Source: Eledone cirrhosa (Eukaryota). Taken from it: a stretch of 64,000 nucleotides of DNA. Positions within the stretch are counted from its first letter, which is position 1, and the number at the start of each line of letters is the position of its first letter. The DNA is taken from the NCBI GenBank assembly GCA_964016885.1, contig OZ024745.1:131440001-131504000 (forward strand), written 5' to 3'. Shown here in pieces: positions 12,583 to 25,345 of this stretch. The translations under genes and the position numbers were made by a program. The notes below the pieces were generated by a model. The model saw nothing but the letters and a program-made list of their open reading frames with translations, had not been told where the DNA came from and searched no databases.

Positions 12583-14559
12583 ATTGTAGTAAAAGCGGAC
12601 AAAACATCAAACCTGTACACTATGGATTGCACTACATACAACAACTTCATTCGAAAAGAATTACATAAAAAATATAGAAAAACGAGTGAAGTAACCCTTA
12701 AGCACATCAATGATGAGGCATGCGAAATAGTGAAAAATCTCGGAATCGAAGATAGGACAGGACCACTCTTACCGGCGGTACCCACTTTCAATCTTAAGGA
12801 CCACAAGGTAAACTTTGATAATGACCCTAAAATTAGATTAATCTGCCCCTCTAAATCAGATATAGGTAAAATAAGCAAATATATCTTAGATAGAATCATC
12901 CCCCAAATTAAGGCTAAGATTAACATTAAACTCTGGGGGAAGACCCAAGAAGCAATAAGATGGTTTAATAGCATTAGCAATAAGAATAAATCTAAGTTTA
13001 TCCAGTTTGATATCGATGAATATTACTCATCGATATCACCTGAAACTTTGAATAGAGCCATTAAGTTTGCTAAGGATAACTCCGACCTTACAAACGATGA
13101 AATTAAGATTATATTAGAAGCTAGGAAAACTATAGTCAAATTTGAGAACAGTTATTGGGTACGTAAAGATAGACCCTCTAACTTTGACATAACAATGGGC
13201 TCTAACGATTCGGCGGAAATAACTGATATTGTGGGGTTATTTATCGCCTTTAGACTCCAGGAAAAATTCAGCAATCTCCACGGCGGAATATACCGCGACG
13301 ATGTTCTCCTCCTAGCTAAAAACCTTAATAACCAAAAACTAGAAAAACTACGCAAAGATATAAGAAAACTACTACTCGAAATAGGACTAACTATAACATA
13401 TGAATACAACCTTAAAGTAGTTAACTTCCTGGATGTCACACTCAATTTAAACTCTGGTTTGATTAAACCGTTTCATAAATTGAATGAAAATCTCAAATAC
13501 GTAAATGTTGGGTCTAACCACCCCATCTCTATAATTAAATCTATCCCTAAAAATATTTCCCTTAGAATCTCGGGTCTATCTTCTAACATACAAGTATTTA
13601 AGGAACACGCCGAGTACTACGATAACGCCCTTAGTAAAGCAGGCTACCTCAACAAAATAGAGTACATAGATGGGAACAATCAAAACACCCAAAATAAATC
13701 CCACATAGGTAGATATAATAACACAACACCAAACCACACTTACTACCATAGTATGCACACCAGTAAACCAACAAACAAAACTAATAGAAAGCGATGCAAA
13801 GAGTACTTATGGTATAACCCCGAATACAATAGCTCCATTAGTACAAATTTACCAGTACTCTTCTTTAAAATAATTAAAAGACATTTTCCCACATCACACA
13901 AATACCACAAAATCCTAAACCCTACCACTATAAGACTGTCATACTCTACAGCGTTAAACCTTGAACAACACATAAAAAAGATCAATACTAGAAGGTTAAA
14001 CGAAAACACTAAGAACTTAAGTACAAAGAACCCCAAAAAAACAGTAGACAATACACTACAGAACATAAATAAACCACACCTAAGTTCGTCCGCAATACTA
14101 CTCCAGAGAAAACCCAACGTACACAACTGTAACTGCACCTATCCTGACAACTGCCCCCTCGGCAATAACTGCCTGGAAAAAAATATTATTTATAAGTGTA
14201 CCATTAAATCCGGAGGCAACGAGTGGTATTACGTGGGATCAACGGCAACATCGTTTAAATCTCGATTGTATAGGCATTCTTACTCAATAAAACACCAGAG
14301 CCAAAGAAATGTAACAACTTTAGCAGAGAAAGCTTGGACGCTCAGGGATAGCAATCAAAAGTTTACCCTAAAATGGGAAAAATTAGCTAAAACCCAAAGC
14401 TTTTCCAGGAGCCAAAATTTCTGCAAATTGTGTAATCTTGAGATTTATTACATAATCACACACAAGAAGAAACTGCTGAATAACAGAATTGAACGAACAT
14501 TATTCTGCCGTCACAGAACTAAAACCCTTTTTTCCCACTACAAGCCGAATATTACATAA
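12583..14559 (+). CDS. 5'-truncated Penelope-like (Naiad) reverse transcriptase / GIY-YIG endonuclease polyprotein
   Basis: The frame is open from 12583 (IVVKADKTSNLY, the PLE DKx motif; first ATG at 12622). RT motifs: FIQFDIDEYYSSI, FDITMGSNDSAE, GIYRDD, FLDVTL. Linker WYNP. Endonuclease: CNCx5CPL..CL..NIIYK...YYVGST..FKSR, CxxCxxE, LN, CRH. No internal stops. Confidence 0.93.
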   Translation: MVVKADKTSNLYTMDCTTYNNFIRKELHKKYRKTSEVTLKHINDEACEIVKNLGIEDRTGPLLPAVPTFNLKDHKVNFDNDPKIRLICPSKSDIGKISKYILDRIIPQIKAKINIKLWGKTQEAIRWFNSISNKNKSKFIQFDIDEYYSSISPETLNRAIKFAKDNSDLTNDEIKIILEARKTIVKFENSYWVRKDRPSNFDITMGSNDSAEITDIVGLFIAFRLQEKFSNLHGGIYRDDVLLLAKNLNNQKLEKLRKDIRKLLLEIGLTITYEYNLKVVNFLDVTLNLNSGLIKPFHKLNENLKYVNVGSNHPISIIKSIPKNISLRISGLSSNIQVFKEHAEYYDNALSKAGYLNKIEYIDGNNQNTQNKSHIGRYNNTTPNHTYYHSMHTSKPTNKTNRKRCKEYLWYNPEYNSSISTNLPVLFFKIIKRHFPTSHKYHKILNPTTIRLSYSTALNLEQHIKKINTRRLNENTKNLSTKNPKKTVDNTLQNINKPHLSSSAILLQRKPNVHNCNCTYPDNCPLGNNCLEKNIIYKCTIKSGGNEWYYVGSTATSFKSRLYRHSYSIKHQSQRNVTTLAEKAWTLRDSNQKFTLKWEKLAKTQSFSRSQNFCKLCNLEIYYIITHKKKLLNNRIERTLFCRHRTKTLFSHYKPNIT

Positions 14560-14828
14560 AAGAGGGACATCCCCCAACTATATAAACCTTAATCTAGTTA
14601 GAAAAATATAAAAACAATCTCTTTTCAACATATATTAATAACCTTAAATTACCATACTAATAATGAAAAGATATGCTGATGAGAATAGGTACAAATATGC
14701 GATAATGAATGTGTCTAAAAACGTCCATAAGTATGTATATATATGTGAAAATGTATATAAATAAGTAAATATATATATATGTTTGATGTGTATAGTTAGA
14801 TGTAAGTGTATTCATGTATTAAAGTGCT

Positions 14829-14877
<49 letters not shown>

Positions 14878-15509
14878 GTATGTGTATATATATATATATA
14901 TATATGTATGTATATATATGTATATGTATATATGTATGTATATATGTGTATGTATGTATGTGTATATGGATGTGTATGTATGTGTATGTGTGTACACATG
15001 GACTAGAGTATGTATGTATATATGTGTGTGTCTATACGTGTGTATATATAAAGATAAGTTGAGTATGAAAATGTATACACATGAGCGCGTATGTATGTAC
15101 ATGAATACATGTGTGTATATATATGTGTATGCATGTGTATATATATGTAAGTATGAATATGTGAATTGTGAGTATATGTATTTTGTAGAGGTGTGCAAAT
15201 ATATTTGTGTGTGAATGCGTGGGTGAAAGAATACGTACACTTGAAAGAAAAATTTAAGTCTGAATGTTAAGTGCAAACACAAAACCAACCACGCATATCT
15301 TTACTATCTCTAATCCTTCTATAGATTTAGAAAAATAACCAATAATATATTCTATAAAAAATGTCAAAACAACAGATGGGAATCTAATTAATCACTGCCA
15401 CCAAGAATTCTCACTGCTATCGAAAAACCACTCCTTCAACTATTCTTCTAACAACTTCACCCCTTCCTCCTAATATTCTCTATAAAAACTAAATAGGTCC
15501 TCAGTAATA

Positions 15510-15626
15510 TTATTCTGATGAAATGACAGTAAACAATAACATTGAAATATTGAATGTCTGCATAACTAAAAGTTTGTAGATAGCTGTTTTAGGTTATGTA
15601 ACTGTTATAGAAACACGTGTCAATAA
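15510..15626 (+). ncRNA. Type I hammerhead ribozyme with an 88-nt branched stem II
   Basis: Stem I ttatt/aataa; CTGATGA at 15515-15521; stem II base atgacagt/actgttat; GAAA at 15610-15613; palindromic stem III cacgtg; GUC cleavage triplet ending at 15621. Confidence 0.75.
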
Positions 15627-17514
15627 ATTCCTTTCAACTAAACTGTATCCATTCAAATCTTTCTATATATATATATATATATATATTAGTAAAAGAATGA
15701 AGAATAACATGGTTGGCTGTACAATAGAGTTTATTTAGAGTACTCATAATCTCTAGCTGGATTACCTTAAATGATACCTTGTTATCCTATATATATTTCT
15801 CTCTCTCCCTCTCTCTGTATATATAGACCTAGCCAGTGTCTGGCAGATATGGGGTTCAATTCCTCATAACAGCTGGTGGCAACGTCTTTTTCTGTCTAAC
15901 AGTCTTCCCCCTATTTTATAAGCTATTTTATATCAAAGTTTCTACTTTTTACTTTCATACAATTTATTCCTTTAATTCCTTATATAATATTCCAATAACT
16001 CGCTACTCCACTAAAGACAACCCCCAGGTTCATTATCACTCTAACAGACATAAGATATTTCTCTGACTATATTTTTAAATCTCAAAATTACCTGATTTAT
16101 AAACCTATATTCTTGTAAGTGAATTATGTTTCAAACTGGACATTCTCTAGCCACTTCTTAGTCCTTTTCTGCCATTTCTTCAGGTTTATAATTCCCCTAT
16201 ATAAACCTACTTCAATATACTAACTAATGTTTTAAGTTTCTATGGAACAAACAAGTTCATACATCTGACAACAAAGAGCTCAATAAATGTAATTTACTCT
16301 ATCAGTGACTAGTACTGGCTTCTTATCTATCTATTTAATCAGTTTAAACGTCTGTATAAAGCTAGTAAGCTATGATAGACAAGAGAAAGTATTTAGTACT
16401 TCTTACAGTTAAGAAACAACGAAAACAAGATAGAGATAAGTGAATATAAACTAAAACTAAAAACAAATTTTAAATATGGAAGTCCAATGGGAGTCAGAAT
16501 AAACAATAAAAAATAAAGAATAAATGGAAAAGAAGGGAAGTTATTTTGTGGACTATTAAACTAATGAGAAATTACATCTGAACATAGGGATACATGAAGG
16601 CATTTTGAAAGAGATATACCAATTATAATTGTGTAATTGTGTGGAATTGAATTAATAAAGACATTTGATATCTTTACTCTGCTGGTGACTTATTGATGAT
16701 ACACTGATACACACCATGTATTGTGTACTATGTGAATACTAGTCCACTTGTTCTTTTACTCAAGATTACCAAATGTGTATTTTATATGTGAGTGTGTACA
16801 TATTTAAAGAAAGTAGTTAATTGTCTGACTGAACCAAGGAAACTATGTTTCCATTGATCATTCCATTACTGATATCAGTCACAACCCTTCACAGACTCAC
16901 AGAAGCAACACCACAAAAAGCACCCAGTCCAATCTTTAAAGTGGTTGTGTTGGTGACATGACAAAAAGCACCCAGCCCACCCAGTAAAGTGGTTGTTCTG
17001 GTAATATGATGAAAAAGTACCTAGTTCAATCCGTCAGTTGGTAATTGTAGTGCCACATTGGCATTAGGAAAGACACAGCCATGGAAACCAAACCAGAAAC
17101 AGTTCTATATGAGCAACATACAATTATCTGTTCTGACTTGTCTCACAATAGGACAACTCGTCTAACCCATGCTAGCATGGAAAATAGATGTTAAATAATG
17201 ATGATGATGATGGGATTTGAACTCAGAATTCATGGTACTAAAACAAATACTTCAAAGCATCCCTTCTAACTGACAATTCTACCAATCCTCCACTAAAGAA
17301 CTCGTACTTTATTTATCAACCTCAAGATGATGAAAAACAAAGTTGACATCAGCAAGATTAGAACTCCGAGCACAGAGACATTTAATATGCATGTAAATAA
17401 GTCACCATTTTTACATATGTTTTTTCCATGCTTGCAGGGGCTGGATGATACTTTTTGAGGCAGGTTTTCTATGGCCAGGTGCCTTTCCAGATGCTAACTA
17501 TAATATATATATAT

Positions 17515-17676
17515 GTCCCAAGGCTCTGATACCATCAACACCATAAACACAGCTGACATATCTAAGAACTGACTAACTGCCTGATGAGGTCATAGCCATT
17601 CAATGGCTATCATCGAAATATATATAGCACTAAATAAAAGATTATGAGTTCATGCAATTGACTTATGTTTCGTCAC
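17515..17676 (+). mobile_element. Short PLE-like 3' insert with a minimal hammerhead, between (TA)n tracts
   Basis: tgc-CTGATGA (17581)-ggtcatagccattcaatggctatcatc-GAAA (17615)-tatata-TA-gca, then AATAAA. Stem I is short (3 bp plus a mismatch). Confidence 0.7.
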
Positions 17677-17695
17677 TATATATATATATATATAT

Positions 17696-18545
17696 GATTC
17701 CGTCAGGGAAATGGCCATGTTCGATATGCAGAAAAGGAACTGGCATAAATTCTATAAAATGCACACAATGCAGATCCTGGGTACACAAGAGATGTAGCGG
17801 GATAGCAGGCAAACTAACAGGTAGGGAGAAATATGTTTGCAGTAGATGTACAGGGAAATTAGACAGTAGAAGTCGCACTGATAGACACATTTTTCAAATG
17901 CAAGAGGGCGCTATAGAAGTGGTGGATAGCTTCCGGTACCACGAGATCAGATTAGCATGGGAGGAGGGTGTTCCGAGGCCATAGTATCTAGAATAAGGAC
18001 GGGTTGGAAGAAGTTTAGGGAGCTGCTTCCTCTGTTGACGAAGAAGGGTTTCTCCCTGCGTACGAAAGGCCGGTTGTATGATGCCTGTGTGAGGAGCGCG
18101 ATGCTGCATGGTAGTGAGACATGGGCAGCAACTGCAGAGGATATGTGACGGCTGGAGAGAAATGAGGCAAGCATGCTCCGTTGGATGTGCAGTGTAAATG
18201 TGCGTGAACGACCCAGCATAAATGTGTTGAGAGAGAAACTGTGTCTGAGAGGGATAGAATGTAGTGTACGGGAGAGGAGACTGAGGTGGTATGGACATGT
18301 GATGTGCATGGAGGATGACCGATGGGTGAAGAAGTGCCAGGAATTGCCAGTTGAAGGAAGATGTGGTAGAGGTAGACCACGAAAAACATGGGCGGAGGTA
18401 GTGAGAACAGACCTCAGATCATTGAAGCTCACGGTGGAGATGACGAGGGACCGTGACGAGTGGAGAGATGCTGTGCTGAATAAGACCCGTCCCACCCTTG
18501 CAAGCAGGGAAAATCGGACGTAAAATGATGATGATGATGATGATG
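17696..18545 (+). mobile_element. RTE-clade LINE, 5'-truncated and disrupted
   Basis: Cys-rich insert GKWPCSICRKG...C..C..WVHKRC, then RIRTGWKKFREL...LYDACVRSAMLHGSETW, RRLRWYGHV and GRGRPRKTW. It has a frameshift, a stop and a (GAT)n tail. Confidence 0.9.
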
Positions 18546-19651
18546 TATATATATATATATAATTCACACTAATACAAACACACATATACACATATATAAA
18601 GACACACACACACAAACATATGTATTTCTTCATTTATAAGTTGGAGAAAGGTCTTGTAGATATAACATACCAAACTGTCATGAGTGCTCAAGCTAGCAAA
18701 AATAAAGATACCATTAAAATTATTACTTCAAATATCAGTCACTGACCTTATGAGTAATGCTTTGAAATACTAAAAGCGCAATTAATCTTGTTATTTCTAT
18801 AGCAATTATCGTCATAATTTTTATTGCTTTCTTTATTTCTGTAGGTAGGGAGTTAACAGAAATAACAATGTTGGACTAAACACCATACAGTGCTGTGCAG
18901 TTTTACTATATTTTGAATTTAAAAGTTTTAGTCTTCTTAGCAGTATCCAGTACCACATTTTCTAATATGTCCTTTCCTTTTTAAAATGACAGGTATTTGG
19001 CAGTTATTTGTAGCATAGCAATCAACCCCCTAATATTTATTACTATCATTTCTGAAGGTATTAAAAATAAGCTGTAGAAATCAAGCCAGAATCAGTTCCC
19101 GTCCCACCCTTGCAAGCAGGGAAAAGAGGATGTAAAATGATGATGATGATGATGATGAAATATGAATACAAGATATACACAAAGGTACATGGATGAGTAC
19201 ATACCTGTGCACACACACACCTGTGCATACACACACACATACATACCTGTGCATATACGCACACATACATACCTGTGCATGAACTACTGACATCCGCAGT
19301 GTATAGACAACTGACTCATTAGTCTGCAATACCAAGTTGAAATCTTTCCACCTGTGTAGGTAAGTCTTTACACCATATTTTTACTAGAATCTCTCCAAGA
19401 GAGAAGCTTCAAGCAATGCCCAAAAATAAACAGTAAGTCACAGGAAATTATAAATACTTTCGTCAAGATTATTAGACACCCTAGAAAATCCCGATTCCAA
19501 AGAATTAACAAAATACATTAGAAAGAGTTAATTCTACAGATACTCACACCATGTAAAACAAGTGTAAAATTTATTATTAAAATATAGAAAAAATTATAAC
19601 AAAGCACAAATGTTAAAACAACAAAATATAATTGATCTTGAGTAAAGAAAT

Positions 19652-19830
19652 AATTGTTTCTACTTTTGGCACAAGGCCAGCAATTATCCAGTGCATTACT
19701 GGTACTTTATTTTATCGACCCCGTAAGGATGAAAGGCAAAGTTAACCTTGGCGGGATTTGAACTCAGACTGTAAAGGGATGTAACTATGCTGGAAAGCAT
19801 GGTGTCCGACCCTCTACCGATACTGCCAAG
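19652..19830 (-). mobile_element. tRNA-derived SINE with a Meta/MESC-like core (gcctttcatccttacggggtcgataaa)
   Basis: Same sequence as the copies at 42528, 55665, 39661, 29315, 26385 and 43498. Confidence 0.8.
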
Positions 19831-20178
19831 TTACTTTTCTTTTCATATATGTAGACAGAGTCACTTAATTAAAATGAATCATTTGATGTGTCTTAGTATT
19901 TGGGACATTGGGAATAAACTGAAATAAACTAAAATTAAATAAATTTCTAATGCAATATTTGAAGAAACAAATTTTTTCATTTCAAAATTATTGCAGACAA
20001 AAACATGGAAGGAAAAACAGAATTCAACAAAATAATAATAATTTCAAAATATTCTTGATTTTTATGGAAAAGAAAAAATACAAATATAACCAACAGAAGG
20101 AAGATGTTTTTGTCCTGTTCACACAACCATTCAGTAAAAATTAAAAACTTCACAATAATTCATAAATATCCAAGTTAT

Positions 20179-20310
20179 CCAGGATGGCTCAAAAGTTGCA
20201 ATACATAAAATAAATTATTATGTTTTAATTTATTTATTTATTTTGAATAAATTGTTTCTTATAAAACATAATTATGTTTTTTATATATCACGACTTTTGG
20301 GCCAACCTGG
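20179..20310. mobile_element. Tc1/mariner-type MITE, about 132 bp
   Basis: Imperfect TIRs of about 25 bp (ccaggatggctcaaaagttgcaata / tatcacgacttttgggccaacctgg) around an AT-rich core. Confidence 0.55.
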
Positions 20311-21740
20311 GTATTTATGATAACCCTGGATATTTATGATAACCCTGTAGTTGCTTGACCTTCACAATGTAGCCACCAAATCTCCCTAAAAAAGAACTCC
20401 CAATGGATTTCAACTGACAATCACAGATTCCAAGTGTCAAATCTTATGACAGCATGTCTACATATTTTACACAAGATGATCATGGTAAAAAACTAATTGG
20501 ATGAGGAATTTCAAAACAAACTGACAGACAGGACGTCTTATTTCTGCATATCAAAAGGTTTTGAATTTGATGGTTGCATTTGATCAGTAATCTTATTGCT
20601 ATAGTTCTTGAGCAGATTTAATGAGGGCAGCTCTTCTCATTAATGATTCTTCACAAGGCAACAAACGTCAAGGAGGCATAAGCTATTGTAGCTAACCAGT
20701 ATATGAAAGGTGAAGATTTTATTGACCAATGTGTAGAGAAAAAGCAAATTCCAACTCAGTGGGATTGTAACTTGGAACAGAAGATAGAATAACCAAACAT
20801 TACATCTGTTTAGCTCAAGTAAACTCTGATCAAACAGATCCATTATCAAAACCATTCAAGTCATGACCATCCTTTTTGTTTTGTTTTTTTCAAGCAGACT
20901 GCATCTTGAACAATACAATTTGATTTAAAGGGGATTTGACTACCATTTCTATTCACTAATATTTGCCAGGTACTCTACCAATTCTGACAATTCCTTACTC
21001 ACTCCTACTCCAAAAATAATAGCTATTCTATTGACTACCAATAAGTGTCTAGCAGTTATTATGTAGTAACCATAGACAGAGTTTGTGTTGTAAATCTCAT
21101 AAGGCTTCAAGCAATAGATTATTTTTAAATTTACAGAAAAATATATAATATATATAAACATAGAGAAAAGACAGAGAGAGAGAGAGAGAGAGAGTTATTA
21201 TTAGAAATATGATGATTAGAAAAATCATTGATGTACTTAATGGTTCAAGTTTCTTCAAAGCAGTATATCTATTTCTGGATGTAAATTACATGATATATCC
21301 CTACTGACCTAGAGAAGATATACTGGTTTAGTTTTCCCAATTGCCTCTTCCAGGTACGCTACATTCCTAAGATTGTTTAGGCTATGTAGCAAAATGTTTG
21401 TCAAATCTGTTTTAGCATCTATGTTAGTCTCAATTGCATTAGCAATTTAAAAAAAGAAACAAAACTAAAGGATAGCCTAGTCTGCTACACAATAGTTTTT
21501 TTTTCAAAATATATAAGTTAAAAATTTCTATGATTTATCAATTAATTGTTTACTATGAAAAGACAAGATATCTTACCATTATTATCATCATCACCGTTTT
21601 ATGTCCGTTCTTCCACGCGAGCATGGGTTAGACGGGTTTTCCTGATGTGGGCAATGCCAGGTCAGGTGACCATGTCTTATCATTAGATGTTTTTAAAATA
21701 TCAAAATATATATTAACTACAAAATGACACACACTTATTA

Positions 21741-21929
21741 GAGGCTATCTTTGACAGAGAGGCACCCTACTATAACACGGTGTTAGCTAACAGCGGCTCC
21801 TCGCAACCTATCACTTACTCTCCCACTAACAACAGCAATAAGAAAAGAAAGCGTAACAATAGACAAACTATCTGGTTCTCTCCTCCCTTCTCACTCAACG
21901 TTAAAACTAATGTAGGAAAAAAATATTGA
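21741..21929 (+). pseudogene. Fragment of a second Naiad-type PLE ORF (RT thumb/linker)
   Basis: EAIFDREAPYYNTVLANSGS...KKRKRNNRQTIWFSPPFSLNVKTNVGKKY* aligns with FKEHAEYYDNALSKAGY...RKRCKEYLWYNPEYNSSISTN of the 12.6-kb ORF. Confidence 0.8.
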
Positions 21930-22248
21930 GCCCCTCGCAATAGCGATTGCCTAAACTCAAGAAATGATTTCTTCACACGTTGTCCACATGCCTGGAAACA
22001 CCTCTTACATAACCACAAAGCTCCGGATTGAATAACAACAACATCTTAATTTTCTTAACTAGAACCTTCCGGACTTTTGCAGTTATCTCCCTTACACCTC
22101 TCGCACACAGTTTTTCATTGCCTGGGTGAAGTGACCGTTTCTGTGCATGCGCGTTCATACGGTTGTCCTTCCTGTTCCATATAACCATGTCCATTACGAA
22201 CTGAGGTGTAACAATTGTTCTCGGTATGGTGGACTAACTGTTACCACT

Positions 22249-22319
<71 letters not shown>

Positions 22320-22320
<1 letters not shown>

Positions 22321-22635
22321 AGAGACATCTGTTCAGTTGTCAACCAAAATAAGATTGTCGTCTGCTTTGTTTGAAATTTCTTTCTAATAAGTTGTGGGAG
22401 GGAGGGTTTAACATACAGTAGTAGTATCTCTTCTTCCCCCTCTCTCTCATTGAAACGTCTCTTTCATCCTCCATTGTAAAGATGTCCCCAGGGGTTCCAT
22501 TATCGATTTTTATTGAAATCCTATTTCTGAATATTAGCTTAACCTGTGTGTAAAGTTTCATCAGGATTGGATCACTGGTGTAGATGCCAACTGGTTATAC
22601 ACAGATACACAGAAATTGCCATTTATATAGTAGTT
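22320..22635 (+). mobile_element. Possible non-autonomous Helitron/Helentron-like (DINE/HINE) element
   Basis: The 3' part gtaaagtttcatcaggattgg...acacagatacacaga...tttatatagtag resembles DINE-1-type ends. Confidence 0.4.
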
Positions 22636-25007
22636 AATGTTTTTACTTTTGGCACAAGGCCAGCAATTACCCCAGTGTATTACTGGTACTTAATTTTATT
22701 GTAGGATGATGGTGAGAAAGATGGTGATGAGGATGGTGTTGATGATGGTGATGGTGATGGTGAGGAGGAGGATAATGATGAGGAGGAAGAGGATGGTGAT
22801 GAGGATGATTATGACAGTGATGATGATATATGAACAAATAAGAATTAACTTGTGTATGGTGTGTTAAACAGATTGGATGTTTGGAGATGTTTAAAATAGC
22901 AGTTTTGGTGTTTTATAGTTTTGAGTATTAATTCAGTGTAGAACTGAAATTGAATAACAAATTTACAATGTTTGAGTATCCTAGTCTAATCTTTAACACT
23001 TTAATATTTACATTACTCTATATATACTATTGTATTTTCACAGTAAAGGCTTTACCTCACATAATATCTCACATAACATTTACATTATTCTATATATACT
23101 ATTGTATTTTCACAGTAAAGGCTTTACCTCACATAATATCTCACATAACATTTACATAACTATATATATTATTGTATTTTTGTGGTAAAGGCTTTACTTC
23201 ACATAACATTGAATCTATGAGGTTTTGATATTTATTTTGAGAACAATACCTTAACATCAGTACGAGTGGCCAGTCTTGGTCAGTTTGAACAGAAAGATGT
23301 GAGAGAATTCTGGCCAGTTGAAATGCTTAAGGGTTAAGTATTATGGAAAATAAATAAGTTCGGAAGTAAAGAAAACAAAAATATGGTAGATATGTTCTCA
23401 GGTTTCAATTAATGCCCCCCCACCACACCCATCAGCCCTTATTCATTTTTCACACCCCCACCACCATGCTTATTAAATTTTGTTAATCAATCTCTGATGA
23501 AATTTTATTTTAAGTGGTAGCATTCCTGGAACAATTAATTTTTTTAAGACAATAAAAAACATTATGCATGACAAAATAAATACATTACTAGAAATCCCAT
23601 ATGTTATAAGATATATCGGATGGGTTGAGATCTTAATACGTAAACTTAACTAATTCTGGTTTTTAAAAACATCAAGGTAGGTAACCTAGAAACAATTACT
23701 GCTTCATTCCCACACCCGTATTATTTGGGACCCAACAGTACTTGTTATTTAGCCCCAGGTAACCAAGCAGACCTATGATCAAAATCATTTCAACTTTGAC
23801 CATCTGTCTCTTTTCTGGAATATCCAGTTTATCTAGGACTACATTATCCAGAGTGTTCCTTCTTTAGAGTGATACGAGAGAGACTTGACTGTTATTTCTA
23901 ACAGAAAGGACTATAAAATTTGAGAATAGACTAAATGTACCGTTAACAGGAGCAGTCAGTATCTGTTCAGTACTGGTTGGTAGATCTAATTTTCAAGATG
24001 CAGTTTTAGTTAAATGGAAGTTTAAGTAAATAAACTGAGCATCTACAGAAACATTGTGATGTATTCATAAACAGAGAGTACTAACGCAACTCCATTTTAT
24101 GGTGATGAATAATATTTTCATTTTCATGTTGTTAAATATAATTATGTTGTTGCAGGCTTACAGCAAAATGTGTGACTGCTCTAGAGTTATTAAGGCTGCA
24201 AGAAGATTAGAATTATGAATATAATTGAAGAGGAGAAAAGTAACAGATGGTGTTATCAGTGTAGAAGTGTATTTGAGAAACTTGGGGAACAACTGAATTA
24301 ATAGAAGTATGGTGGGAGGGGGGGGGGGGGTAGAGAAAAAGGTTAGAAAATACTTCATCTTAGGAGAGCAAAATGGAGAGACAATAATGAAGCTAGCTTG
24401 CAACAGATGTACAAATGTCTACTTAGAAGCTTTTATAGTATTTCTGTAGATTTTACATTTTCTGCACTATTTATAAACCTATCATCATCATCATCGTTTA
24501 ATGTCTATCTTCACGCTAGCATGGGTTAGACTATCATTTCCAAATATGTATACTAAGGCATAGTTTGTGTTTACCTAAGAAACCTTTATGTTAGATTGAA
24601 TTAAAATATTTCATAGAACCCAACTAGGGATCATATCACCAGAAGATCAGGGCCTTTTAGAACCAATATTGATGGATATAGTACATATATATTCATATAG
24701 ATACATATACATACACACACACATTTACACACCTGCACACACACACATGCATGTGTGTGTGGTCTAACACACACCTGCACACATACACATACTGCGGGTG
24801 TGTATATGTGTGTGTGAGCAGATGTGTATGCATATGTATATGTGTGTGTGCAAGTGTGTATGTGTGTATATGTTTGTGAAAGCATATGTGTGTATGCATA
24901 CGTACATATGTATGTACATGTGTGTGTGTGCATGTGTGTAAATGTGTATATGTATGCATATGTATGTATGTGTGTGTGAGCAGATGTGTATATGTATGTG
25001 TATGAAG

Positions 25008-25345
25008 ACACATGGCTTAGTGGTTAGAGCATTGGCCTTGCAATCGAAAGATTGTAAGTTCAATTCTCAGACTGGGTGATATGTTGTTTCCTTGAGCAAG
25101 ACACTTTATTCCACATTGCTCCAGTTTACTCAGCTGTAGAAATGAGATGATAGGGACTGGGGTCCCTATCATTCCACTGCAAAGTGGTCGTGGAGGTGCC
25201 ACGGCAAAAAAGCACCCAGCACTCACTGTAAATGAGGTTGGTGTTAGGAAGGGCATCCAGCTGTAGAAATCAAGCCAGAATCAGTTCCCGTCCCACCCTT
25301 GCAAGCAGGGAAAAGCGGACGTAAAATGATGATGATGATGATGCA
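25008..25345 (+). mobile_element. Complete tRNA-head SINE with an RTE-derived 3' tail
   Basis: Head tggcttagtggttagagc...agttcaattc, then the core, then a tail cgtcccacccttgcaagcagggaaaa..ggacgtaaaa(tga)n shared with the LINE 3' end at about 18488-18545. Confidence 0.85.

Larger units (their letters stand above)
11889..15666 (+). mobile_element. Penelope-like retroelement (Naiad type) with an inverted 3' duplication, inserted in (TA)n
   Basis: RT-GIY-YIG ORF. 11999-12584 is the reverse complement of 15081-15666 (586 bp, no differences seen in spot checks). (TA)n lies on both flanks and there is an HHR in the duplicated segment. Confidence 0.93.

Noticed and set aside
15523-15556. SECIS-like ATGA...AA...GA in the Naiad 3' UTR
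   Set aside because: Helix II does not pair in register with the quartet, and the ORF has no in-frame UGA.
15515-15566. Short hammerhead fold using the first GAAA (about 15544)
   Set aside because: Stem I cannot form (ttatt vs tgcat); the distal GAAA gives a perfect stem I and a palindromic stem III.
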